Below, piece by piece: positions 20,053-28,329 of a stretch of 62,839 nt of DNA. Position 1 is the stretch's first letter; each line of letters starts with the position of its first letter. The stretch is from an uncultured Prevotella sp. (GTDB lineage Bacteria; Bacteroidota; Bacteroidia; Bacteroidales; Bacteroidaceae), in the NCBI GenBank assembly GCA_946183985.1, contig CAMHDT010000001.1, forward strand, positions 1-62,839. Reading direction: 5' to 3'. The position numbers were made by a program, and so were the translations under genes. The notes under the pieces were generated by a model. The model had not been told where the DNA came from. It saw only the letters and a list, made by a program, of their open reading frames with translations, and made no database searches.

Positions 20053-21404
20053 AGGTAGTGCTTGGTGGCATCGGCGGCAATGAGCACACCGTCGCCGTTG
20101 GTGAGCGGGCGGAAAGTGAGAATGCGTGAGTGGAACACGCCCAGCGGGGTGATTTGTCCTGTGACGGCATCCATCCACCACACCTGCTTCTCCTGACCTG
20201 CAATCTTGTCGAGGTCGATGCGCATGTCGCGTCCCGTGCAGTTGTATACCAGCAGATAGTCGGTGCCGCGGGTGGCGGCGAGGCGTTCGTAGCGGGTGCC
20301 GTTGTCCTTGACAATGGTTTGGTCGGGCACGCGCTCAAAGTAAGGGAACAAAAGGATGAGGCGGCGCAGGTGCTGCATCTGGTGGAAGCCCTCGTCGTGG
20401 AGAGCCACATGCCAGGGCTTACTGCAGAAATAGGCAGGTGGCAGTCCGGGGCGGTAGAACTGCATGATGGCATTGTTGCCGTAGGTATGTCCGCAGGCAC
20501 CGGCAAAGACGCTCCAGTAGGCATAGCGGCGCACATCGGCAGCCTGCCACAGCGGCTCGGTAGCCTCGTGCAGGCCCTGTGGTATGCCTTCGTATGAGGG
20601 TTCGCCGTCAATGACGGGCTTCACCGGAGCGTAGGCCCAGGTAGAGTCCACATACTGCCAGTTGTCTTCTTCGGTGTTATCGGGAATGGGATAGACTGCG
20701 TCCTTGGCCGTGCGCTGACCGTAGCGCCGGTGACCGCTCTGAAACATGTGGAAGTCTATCCACGGGGCCTGGCTCCACCAATGTGCCGAGGTGTAGCGTC
20801 CACGGGGATGATAGGTCATGAGGTGGCTGTGGTCAATGGCCTTGATGGTGGTGGCCAGCATGTTCCACACCTCAGGATGGATGTCGCCCTGTATGTCGCC
20901 GCCCATGATCCACACAATGTTGGGACTGTCCTTATAGCGCTGCGCCAGAAATGTACCGTAGTCCTTGGCCTGCGCCTCGGTGAGGCGCCCGGCCTTGACC
21001 AGTCCGCCCCAGATGGCGACCATGCCCACATAGATGCCCCGCGCCTCGGCCGTCTGTACGATATGGTCCATGTGCTGCCAGTAGGCATCGCCGTCCGACG
21101 ATTGTCCGTAGGCGTTGTACGACGGCACGGCGTTGAGCACCTGTATCTGCACCACATTATAGCCGGCGGCGGCACACTGGTCGAGATAGTAGACCACCTC
21201 ATCGCGTGTCAGACGCTGGGGCATGAGCCAAGGTGTCTCGCCCTGCCAGAAAAAGGGGGTGCCGTCGGCATGCATCAGGAAGCGGCCGTTTTCCGACACG
21301 GTGAGCCGTCCGTGCTGCCACGGTTTCTCGGCTGCCGCGGCCTGTAAGGCTGCCGCCATGGTGAGCAGCACCATTGTCACGAGCACCTGAAATTGTCTTT
21401 TCAT
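20049..21404 (-). CDS. GH140 (DUF4038) apiosidase-like glycoside hydrolase
   Basis: Signal peptide, DGTPFFWQGETPW, WIMGGD, MTYHPRG, DFHMFQSGH, KPVIDGEPSYE and GHTYGNNAIMQF. Confidence 0.85.
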   Translation of the reverse strand: MKRQFQVLVTMVLLTMAAALQAAAAEKPWQHGRLTVSENGRFLMHADGTPFFWQGETPWLMPQRLTRDEVVYYLDQCAAAGYNVVQIQVLNAVPSYNAYGQSSDGDAYWQHMDHIVQTAEARGIYVGMVAIWGGLVKAGRLTEAQAKDYGTFLAQRYKDSPNIVWIMGGDIQGDIHPEVWNMLATTIKAIDHSHLMTYHPRGRYTSAHWWSQAPWIDFHMFQSGHRRYGQRTAKDAVYPIPDNTEEDNWQYVDSTWAYAPVKPVIDGEPSYEGIPQGLHEATEPLWQAADVRRYAYWSVFAGACGHTYGNNAIMQFYRPGLPPAYFCSKPWHVALHDEGFHQMQHLRRLILLFPYFERVPDQTIVKDNGTRYERLAATRGTDYLLVYNCTGRDMRIDLDKIAGQEKQVWWMDAVTGQITPLGVFHSRILTFRPLTNGDGVLIAADATKHYL

Positions 21405-21439
21405 TGTCTTAGTATCATTAGTTTTATAAGGAAACGATA

Positions 21440-21575
21440 CTTCCTCGGACTGCAATGGAGAATGTTTTGAAGCGCAACGGAAAATGTCTTGGACTGCAAC
21501 GGAGGCTGTTTTGAAGTTCAACGGAGGCTCCATTGCAGTCCAAGGAAGCCTCCGTTGCAGTCCAAGGAAGCCTCC
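21440..21575. repeat. 22-bp-period repeat array: four direct units followed by two inverted units
   Basis: Forward units such as TGTCTTGGACTGCAACGGAGGC, then TCC(A/G)TTGCAGTCCAAGGAAGCC x2, which is the reverse complement of the unit. Confidence 0.85.
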
Positions 21576-21606
21576 ATCAGACCATCACGGAGTATTCCGC
21601 TCCGGC

Positions 21607-22308
21607 TCACTTCTCCGGCATCAGTTTCCGGCACAGTTCGCGCATACCCTCCGATGCACCTTTCATGATCTGCTGCACGCCCGAACCTGCCGAAACGGGG
21701 TTGGGGTCGATGAGATAGACGGGCGTGCCGGGCTTAACATAGTGTATGAGGCCAGCGGCGGGATACACATTGAGGCTGGTGCCGATGATGATGAAGATGT
21801 CGGCCGTCTGTGCCTCCTCGGCGGCCACGCTGATATTGGGCACGGCCTCGCCGAAAAACACAATGAAAGGGCGCAGCAGCGAACCGTCACCAGCACGGGT
21901 GCCGGGCGTCACCTCGCAGTTGTCGGGCGTCAGCGTCACCTGATAGCGCGGGTCGTCGACATCACGGCTCGAGCACACCTTCATCAGTTCGCCATGCAGG
22001 TGGATGACTTTCGACGAGCCCGCCATCTCGTGCAGGTTGTCCACATTCTGCGTCACCACCGTCACCTCATACTGCTCTTCCAGTGCGGCCACCAGACGGT
22101 GACCCTCGTTGGGCTTCACGCCCCAGCACTTCCGGCGCAGCATATTGTAAAAGTTGGTCACCAGCGTGGGGTCGGCCTCCCACCCTTCGTGCGTGGCCAC
22201 CTGCTGCACGGGATATTCCTCCCACAGCCCGTCGGCATCGCGAAAGGTCTTCAGTCCGCTCTCCACCGACATGCCCGCACCTGTCAAAACTACTATTTTC
22301 TTCTTCAT
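21607..22308 (-). CDS. cobB: NAD-dependent protein deacylase (sirtuin)
   Basis: VLTGAGMSVESGLKTFRD, VTQNVDNLHE, HLHGE, LRPFIVFFGE and GTSLNVYPAA. Confidence 0.93.
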   Translation of the reverse strand: MKKKIVVLTGAGMSVESGLKTFRDADGLWEEYPVQQVATHEGWEADPTLVTNFYNMLRRKCWGVKPNEGHRLVAALEEQYEVTVVTQNVDNLHEMAGSSKVIHLHGELMKVCSSRDVDDPRYQVTLTPDNCEVTPGTRAGDGSLLRPFIVFFGEAVPNISVAAEEAQTADIFIIIGTSLNVYPAAGLIHYVKPGTPVYLIDPNPVSAGSGVQQIMKGASEGMRELCRKLMPEK

Positions 22309-22376
22309 AACGCTATTGATTTGCCTATTAGTTTTTTTGAAGATTCCTATATCACATTATCCTAACGTTCACCACC

Positions 22377-24377
22377 TTAGTTATCAACACTTATCAGTTC
22401 TATAGTGAATATCAGTGTTGAGAAGGGGGGGATGTTGCCGGTTTCTTTGTCACCGTATGCCAGTTCCTGGGGGATGTAGACTTCCCACTTCGAACCGACA
22501 CGCATTCTTCGCAAGGCAATCTCGAAGCCTTTAACGACACCGGTGAGACTGAATGTGGAGGGTTCTCCACGAGTATAACTGCTGTCAAAGACGGTACCGT
22601 CGATGAGACGTCCTTCATAATGAACGGTAACCCGCGCATCATAAGACGGATAGGGACCTGTTCCCTCTTTAAGCACCCGATGCATCAGCCTCACAGTTTT
22701 TACTCCTTCTGGTGTATCTACACCACCAATGGAGTCAACAATAACATCTGGTTCATGGGCCTTGTTATCCAGGAAACGCTCGCCAGCCTCTTTCGTGTTA
22801 GCATACTCACGCTCTGCATATCTGGATTTGATCTGCTCGAAAAGCCTTCCGGCTTTTTCTTGGGCCTCTTCAACAGTCATCAGTGGCAGGCGGCCCGTTG
22901 TGCCATGAATGAAACCGGCCATCAATACCTGTAAAGAGACGGTATGTGTGCTGTCACTGCCATATAACTGCGAACTGAGGTTTGGAACTATTTGGTTCTT
23001 CATCTGCCCACCAATCTGAAGACCGGCGAGATAGGCATTCTGAGGGGCACCGGTCATTGTTTCTGGCTGTGCAGAACAGAGCGATGTTCCTTGCAGCAGG
23101 CCATATACAAACTCGTTCTTGTAGGTTGTATCGACGTTCAATGACAAGGCCAGATAATCATTTAGGCCCATTGTATTTGCAATTCCTAGTGCATAGGCCA
23201 ATGTGTCCTCTTCTGTGGGCAGGTCGCGGAATGCAAGATACTCTTTCGCGGTTTCTTCCAGCGACTTCTCACGGCTCAGCAGATACCATGCCGCACCGAC
23301 CACAACCACAAGGACGACCGCCACGGCGGCTATGCCTGCCACAACATATTTTGTTGTATTGTTATTCTTTGGAGGCATGGGTGGCACAGGGCGTGCATGG
23401 GGTATTGGCTGCGACACGGGTGTTGGTTCGGGCTGCGGAGCGGGTGCGGGCTGTGGCTCTGGAACAGGAGCAGGTTCTGGATGCACCATCTCCGTGGCTT
23501 CGTCCTCGACGGGCTGCAGACGGGCACGTATCTCAGCCACGCTCTGCGGACGCTTCTTGCGGTTGGGCTGCATCATCCACTGCACCAGTTGGCGCATCTC
23601 GCTGCTCACGCCGCGCAGCGAACTGAAGGCCTCATCAGGATCCTCGTCGATATCGCTGGCCTGTGGCGGACGCTGCTTGGTAAGAAGGCTGAACAGCGTG
23701 GCACCAAGAGCGTAGAAGTCCGTCCATGGCCCAAATTTCTCCATGTTCTGCTCTACCTGCTCCGAAGGGGCATAGCCTGGGGTATAGCAGGGGGCTGTCG
23801 ACATGGTGGCGCCGCCCCCGGCACTCATCTGCTTGCTGGCACCGAAGTCAATGAGCATGGCGTGGCCGCTGTTGTCAATCATGATGTTGGCAGGCTTCAG
23901 GTCCAAGTGCCACAGGCCGTTGCTGTGCACCGTGTCCAAGGCGTCGAGCATCTGTGGCAAAAGGGTGCGCACCTCAGCCTCGGAGAGGGGCTGGCCGGTA
24001 CGCTTCATACGCGCCGACAGCGACTCACCGTTGATGAAGTCCATCACATAATAATAGGTGCCGTTCTCGCTGAACAGGTCGTGTACGCCCACGATATGCG
24101 CATTGTGCAGTTGGCGCAGACGGCGTGCCTCCTTGCGGAACTTCTCCATCTGACTTTCAAACTGGTCGCGGTTGGCCGCATTGCTCACGCTCACAGTAGT
24201 CTGGTCGTCTTCACGCTCGTTGACGCCCTTGAGGAAGAACTCCTTCATGGCATACTGCTCGTTGAACTCAACGTTAGTCACAGCGTAGGTATTGCCGAAT
24301 CCGCCCGAAGCCAGATAGCGGTCAACACGGTATGTGCCACGGAGCATGGCACCAATGGGTAGCATAGAATCTTTCAT
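22377..24377 (-). CDS. Hanks-type Ser/Thr protein kinase - Pro-rich linker - TM helix - FKBP-type PPIase fusion
   Basis: Kinase motifs LASGGFGNTY, AMKE, HLDLKPANIM, IDFG, TPGYAPSEQ and DFYALG. Then a PEPAP linker, TM YVVAGIAAVAVVLVVVVGAAWYLL, FKBP_N-like DTLAYALGIA and FKBP_C VHYEGRLIDGTVFDSS...YIPQELAYG...IPPFSTLIF. One 666-aa ORF. Confidence 0.92.
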   Translation of the reverse strand: MKDSMLPIGAMLRGTYRVDRYLASGGFGNTYAVTNVEFNEQYAMKEFFLKGVNEREDDQTTVSVSNAANRDQFESQMEKFRKEARRLRQLHNAHIVGVHDLFSENGTYYYVMDFINGESLSARMKRTGQPLSEAEVRTLLPQMLDALDTVHSNGLWHLDLKPANIMIDNSGHAMLIDFGASKQMSAGGGATMSTAPCYTPGYAPSEQVEQNMEKFGPWTDFYALGATLFSLLTKQRPPQASDIDEDPDEAFSSLRGVSSEMRQLVQWMMQPNRKKRPQSVAEIRARLQPVEDEATEMVHPEPAPVPEPQPAPAPQPEPTPVSQPIPHARPVPPMPPKNNNTTKYVVAGIAAVAVVLVVVVGAAWYLLSREKSLEETAKEYLAFRDLPTEEDTLAYALGIANTMGLNDYLALSLNVDTTYKNEFVYGLLQGTSLCSAQPETMTGAPQNAYLAGLQIGGQMKNQIVPNLSSQLYGSDSTHTVSLQVLMAGFIHGTTGRLPLMTVEEAQEKAGRLFEQIKSRYAEREYANTKEAGERFLDNKAHEPDVIVDSIGGVDTPEGVKTVRLMHRVLKEGTGPYPSYDARVTVHYEGRLIDGTVFDSSYTRGEPSTFSLTGVVKGFEIALRRMRVGSKWEVYIPQELAYGDKETGNIPPFSTLIFTIELISVDN

Positions 24378-24406
24378 CTTTTTTGTTGGTTATGCAATAT
24401 TTGCTG

Positions 24407-24538
24407 CAAAGATAAGAAAAAGACCGGTCATAACCAACTTTTCAACAAAAAACTTCAAAGTACAACGGCATCGAGCCTTAAATAAAACTAATTTTTGACC
24501 ACTTATGGTGCGTGTATCGGGGAAATTACGTAATTTTG
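24407..24538. promoter_or_regulatory. Divergent promoters: -7 TATCTTTG (minus, 24407-24414) for the kinase-FKBP gene and TAATTTTG (plus, 24531-24538) for the FKBP cluster
   Basis: Both match TAnnTTTG at the usual distance from their start codons. Confidence 0.65.
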
Positions 24539-24584
24539 CACGCTCGTTTATAACGATACACATTCTTAATAATAAGAATAATCA

Positions 24585-25280
24585 ATGAAAAGATTGATAG
24601 CAATAGTGTGCCTGACAATGGCCATAACAGTTAGTTCATTGGCACAGACGAAAGAAATAACAAATAATAAAAGTATGGATAAAGTAAGTTATGCCCTTGG
24701 TTTGGGCATCGGACAGCAACTGGCACAGATGGGAGCCACGGATTTAAACGTAGATGACTTTGCACAGTCTATAAAGGATGTGTTGCAGGGCAACGAACTG
24801 AAAGTGTCGCACCGCGAAGCACAGCAAATTGTAGAAGATTATTTTGCCAAGAAAGAGCAGGCTATGAACGCTGAGCGCGCCGAGAAAGGCAAGACAGCAA
24901 AGATTGCTGGCGAGAAGTATCTGACAGAGAACGCTCAGAAGGAAGGTATCATTACCACCCCCAGCGGTTTGCAATACAAGATTCTGAAGGAAGGCAACGG
25001 CAAGAAACCGTCGGCCAAGGATAAGGTGAAGTGCCACTACGAGGGTTTCCTCATCGACGGCACCGTGTTTGACTCCAGCGTGCAGCGCGGCGAGCCTGCC
25101 GTTTTCGGTCTGCAGCAGGTCATAGCAGGCTGGACAGAAGGTCTGCAACTCATGCAGGAGGGTGCGAAGTACCGCTTCTTCATCCCCTATCGCCTGGCTT
25201 ACGGCGAAGGTGGTGCCGGTCAGTTGATTCCGCCTTTTGCCACGCTGATCTTCGATGTGGAACTCATCGAGGTACTTTAA
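24585..25280 (+). CDS. FKBP-type peptidyl-prolyl isomerase (FklB/Mip-like); alternative start at 24675
   Basis: MDKVSYALG N-domain, SGLQYK, CHYEGFLIDGTVFDSS, VIAGWTEGL and IPPFATLIFDVEL. Confidence 0.93.
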   Translation: MKRLIAIVCLTMAITVSSLAQTKEITNNKSMDKVSYALGLGIGQQLAQMGATDLNVDDFAQSIKDVLQGNELKVSHREAQQIVEDYFAKKEQAMNAERAEKGKTAKIAGEKYLTENAQKEGIITTPSGLQYKILKEGNGKKPSAKDKVKCHYEGFLIDGTVFDSSVQRGEPAVFGLQQVIAGWTEGLQLMQEGAKYRFFIPYRLAYGEGGAGQLIPPFATLIFDVELIEVL

Positions 25281-25340
25281 GCCACTGGCGGCATTGCTTA
25301 TAACCAATGAAAAAGAACAAAACAAACAATAAAACGGAAA

Positions 25341-26255
25341 ATGAAAAAACTTACATTCCTGGCCGCTATGGCCATCGTCGTTGCCACGATGGTATCGTGC
25401 AACGGTAACAACCCCAAAGCAAGTCTGAAAAACGACATCGACACACTGAGTTATGCCATCGGCGTGGCACAGACCAACGGACTGAACGACTATCTCACCT
25501 ACAACAAGGGCGTGGACACTACCTATATGGCTGAGTTCATTCAGGGATTCATTGACGGTGCCAACGCTGCCGACGACAAAGGCAAGGCTGCCTATTTCGC
25601 TGGTGTGGAGATTGGACGCCAGTTGGGCGGCGACGCTGTGAAGAGCATCAACATGCAACTCTTCGGCAACGACTCTACGCAGAGCATCTCGGCACGCAAC
25701 CTCATGGCCGGCTTTATCAACACACTGATGAAAAAGAACCAGAAGATGACCGTGGAGGAGGCTGACTCGATTGCCCAGACCATGTTCGAGCGTATCCACA
25801 ACAACACCATGGAGAAGAAATTCGCCGAAAACAAGCAGGCTAGCGAGCAGTATCTGGCTGATAACACCAAAAATGACAGCGTCAAGGTGGTGAACGTGGT
25901 GGCTAAGCGTCCCGACAACGGTCAGGAGATTGCATCGTTCATTCAGTATAAAGTGCTGAAAGAGGGCAACGGTGCCATTGCCACCGACACCAACACTGTG
26001 GTGGTGAACTACGAGGGTCGCCTCATCGACGGCACCGTGTTCGACAGTTCTTACCAGCGCAATCAGCCCTATACCGTCGACATGAAGCGCGGCGGCGTCA
26101 TCCTTGGATGGCTGGAGGTGCTGAAACGCATGCCTGCCGGTTCTGTCTGGGAGGTTGCTATTCCTCAGGAACTGGCCTACGGCAATCAGGACCGCGGCAC
26201 CATCAAGCCTTACTCTACCCTGATATTCAAGATTGAGGTGCTCGAAGTGAAGTAA
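25341..26255 (+). CDS. FKBP-type PPIase lipoprotein
   Basis: Lipobox MVSC, DTLSYAIG, VNYEGRLIDGTVFDSS and IPQELAYG. Confidence 0.92.
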   Translation: MKKLTFLAAMAIVVATMVSCNGNNPKASLKNDIDTLSYAIGVAQTNGLNDYLTYNKGVDTTYMAEFIQGFIDGANAADDKGKAAYFAGVEIGRQLGGDAVKSINMQLFGNDSTQSISARNLMAGFINTLMKKNQKMTVEEADSIAQTMFERIHNNTMEKKFAENKQASEQYLADNTKNDSVKVVNVVAKRPDNGQEIASFIQYKVLKEGNGAIATDTNTVVVNYEGRLIDGTVFDSSYQRNQPYTVDMKRGGVILGWLEVLKRMPAGSVWEVAIPQELAYGNQDRGTIKPYSTLIFKIEVLEVK

Positions 26256-26259
26256 TCTG

Positions 26260-27159
26260 ATGATGAAGAAATATATCGTGCTGGCACTCGTCATGGTGGC
26301 GAGTGCCGCTTTCAACCATATCGATGCCAACAACAAGAAGAAAAAGGAGGCAGTAATTAACAACACTGAGGTAAAGAAACCCGTGGTGCTAGGCAACAGC
26401 AGCGATTCGCTGAGTTATGCTGCAGGAGCCGCCATGACCGATGGTCTGCTACCCTTCCTGAAGCAGCAAGGCGTGGATGCAGAATTGCTGCCCGACTTCA
26501 TCAAGGGCTTCAACGAGGCTGTCAGCGCTTACGAGAACAAGCAGGAGGCAGCCAGAAGAAAGGGCTTTTACATTGCCGACTGGTTGGTGGAGCGTATGTT
26601 GCCTGGACTGAAAGACCAGTTCTCCGATGTTGCCGACTCCATTGTGGCACATCTGCTGTTCCGCGGCTTTGCCGATGCCATTGAAAACGACACCACTGTC
26701 ATGCAACTGAGCCAAGCAACCAGTCTGTTCAAGCAAAAAGAGACGGCGGCCCAGCAGGCCAAGACCGAGAAGCAGATAGCCCCCGGAAAGGCTTTCCTGG
26801 CTGAGAATGCAAAGAATCCGGATGTGATCGTGACCCGCAGCGGACTGCAATACAAGGTGCTGAGGCAGGGCGACGGCCCTGTGCCCCAGAGCACCGACCG
26901 CGTAAAGGTGCACTACGAAGGCCGTTTGATTGACGGCACCGTGTTCGACGCCTCGTCGAAGCATGGTAACGAGCCTGTTACTTTCGAGGCCAACAGGGTC
27001 ATCAAGGGCTGGACAGAGGCTTTGTGCCTGATGCCCGTAGGCAGCAAATGGCAACTCTATATTCCTCAGGAACTAGCCTATGGTGCCCAGAAGGCAGGTC
27101 AGATACCTCCTTACTCAACGTTGATTTTCGATGTTGAACTGGTGGGAATAGAGAAATAA
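26260..27159 (+). CDS. FKBP-type PPIase, secreted
   Basis: Signal peptide, DSLSYAAG, SGLQYKV, VHYEGRLIDGTVFD, VIKGWTEAL and IPPYSTLIFDVEL. Confidence 0.92.
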   Translation: MMKKYIVLALVMVASAAFNHIDANNKKKKEAVINNTEVKKPVVLGNSSDSLSYAAGAAMTDGLLPFLKQQGVDAELLPDFIKGFNEAVSAYENKQEAARRKGFYIADWLVERMLPGLKDQFSDVADSIVAHLLFRGFADAIENDTTVMQLSQATSLFKQKETAAQQAKTEKQIAPGKAFLAENAKNPDVIVTRSGLQYKVLRQGDGPVPQSTDRVKVHYEGRLIDGTVFDASSKHGNEPVTFEANRVIKGWTEALCLMPVGSKWQLYIPQELAYGAQKAGQIPPYSTLIFDVELVGIEK

Positions 27160-27191
27160 GGACAGAAACACAGACACGGTTGATGACCGTA

Positions 27192-27665
27192 TCAGTAGTT
27201 TTCCAACAAGCGCTTCAATTCCTTGAGGCGCTTTTTTTTGCGCAGACATTTCATCTCGCCTACACTAAACCCAGCCTTGCCAGACATCTGGTCGAGCATC
27301 TTCAGTTCGGCCATGGGCACCTGAAAGGCAGCGGCCTTGTCCTTCCACCGCGAATGGCCAATGACCTCTACCTCGTTCAGGGCGTTATAGGCGGGGATGA
27401 GGGCTATGGTATCGGTGAGTTCATGGCGCAGCATGACGCGTTTCTCATAGTTGTGATGGCCCAGTTGCAATTGATTAAAGGTAGTGTCGCGCAGTTCAAA
27501 CGTGCCGTCCCAGTGTGTGGTGGTCGTTTCCTCCTTGTCGGTAAAGACCACTATATCACGCAAAGGGACGCCCGTTTCCATGTTGACAATCACGCCTCTA
27601 ATCTGTGCCAGAGCACCTATCGGCATCAACATCATCCACACCGCCATGCCGTATCTGCTGTTCAT
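27192..27665 (-). CDS. Hypothetical secreted protein with carboxypeptidase-regulatory-like N-terminal domain
   Basis: Signal peptide ending ALA-Q, IRGVIVNMETGVPL...TTTHWDGTFEL and LNEVEV. Confidence 0.6.
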   Translation of the reverse strand: MNSRYGMAVWMMLMPIGALAQIRGVIVNMETGVPLRDIVVFTDKEETTTTHWDGTFELRDTTFNQLQLGHHNYEKRVMLRHELTDTIALIPAYNALNEVEVIGHSRWKDKAAAFQVPMAELKMLDQMSGKAGFSVGEMKCLRKKKRLKELKRLLENY

Positions 27666-27831
27666 TGGTGCAAATATAGCACCGTTGAGCCTAAGCAACA
27701 AATGTTTTATGTCTTCTTAAGCAGATTTAGACACTGATAGCATAGGTGAATTTTAGGTAATATTATTTTATTTTCATTCATTTTTTCTTTGTCATGCAAC
27801 GATAATCTTGTAACTTTGCACTCACGAAAAA

Positions 27832-28320
27832 ATGATCAGCGTACTGTCAATCATAGAAGACACGATGGTAGACGGGCCGGGATTCCGAACCTCCATCTAC
27901 TGTGCCGGCTGCCGACATGAGTGTGTCGGTTGCCACAACCCGCAGTCGTGGGACTTTCAGGGCGGCCATGCCATGACCACTGACGAGGTGATGCGCATCA
28001 TTGAGGCAGACCCTTATGCCAACGTTACCTTCTCGGGAGGCGACCCGATGTATCAGCCAGAGGGCTTTGCCGAACTGGCACGAGCCATCAAGGAGCGCAC
28101 AACGAAAGACATTTGGTGCTACACAGGCTTCACCTTCGAGATGCTGGTGAGCAATCCCAGACAGCGTGCCCTGCTCGAACTGATTGATGTATTGGTCGAC
28201 GGCCCCTTCATCAAGTCGCAACGTGACGAGAGCCTGCGCTTTCGCGGCTCGCGGAATCAGCGTCTCATTGATGTGCCTCAGTCGCTCAGCGAGGGGCACG
28301 TGGTGCCTTGGCAGGGCTGA
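27832..28320 (+). CDS. nrdG: Anaerobic RNR activating enzyme (radical SAM)
   Basis: VDGPGFR, CxxxCxxC (GCRHECVGCHN), TFSGGDP, DVLVDGPF and FRGSRNQR. Has its own -7 box at 27811-27818. Confidence 0.95.
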   Translation: MISVLSIIEDTMVDGPGFRTSIYCAGCRHECVGCHNPQSWDFQGGHAMTTDEVMRIIEADPYANVTFSGGDPMYQPEGFAELARAIKERTTKDIWCYTGFTFEMLVSNPRQRALLELIDVLVDGPFIKSQRDESLRFRGSRNQRLIDVPQSLSEGHVVPWQG

Positions 28321-28329
28321 ACGCCACCT

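Noticed and set aside
21440..21575. Possible CRISPR array
   Set aside because: Units are contiguous with no unique spacers, orientation flips midway, and there are no cas genes in the window.
24744..26396. 550-aa minus-strand ORF and other long antisense ORFs (e.g. 18676-19914, 30647-31819, 53597-54931, 35365-36507)
   Set aside because: They shadow well-supported genes on the opposite strand, lack recognisable motifs, and are expected from GC-rich codon bias.
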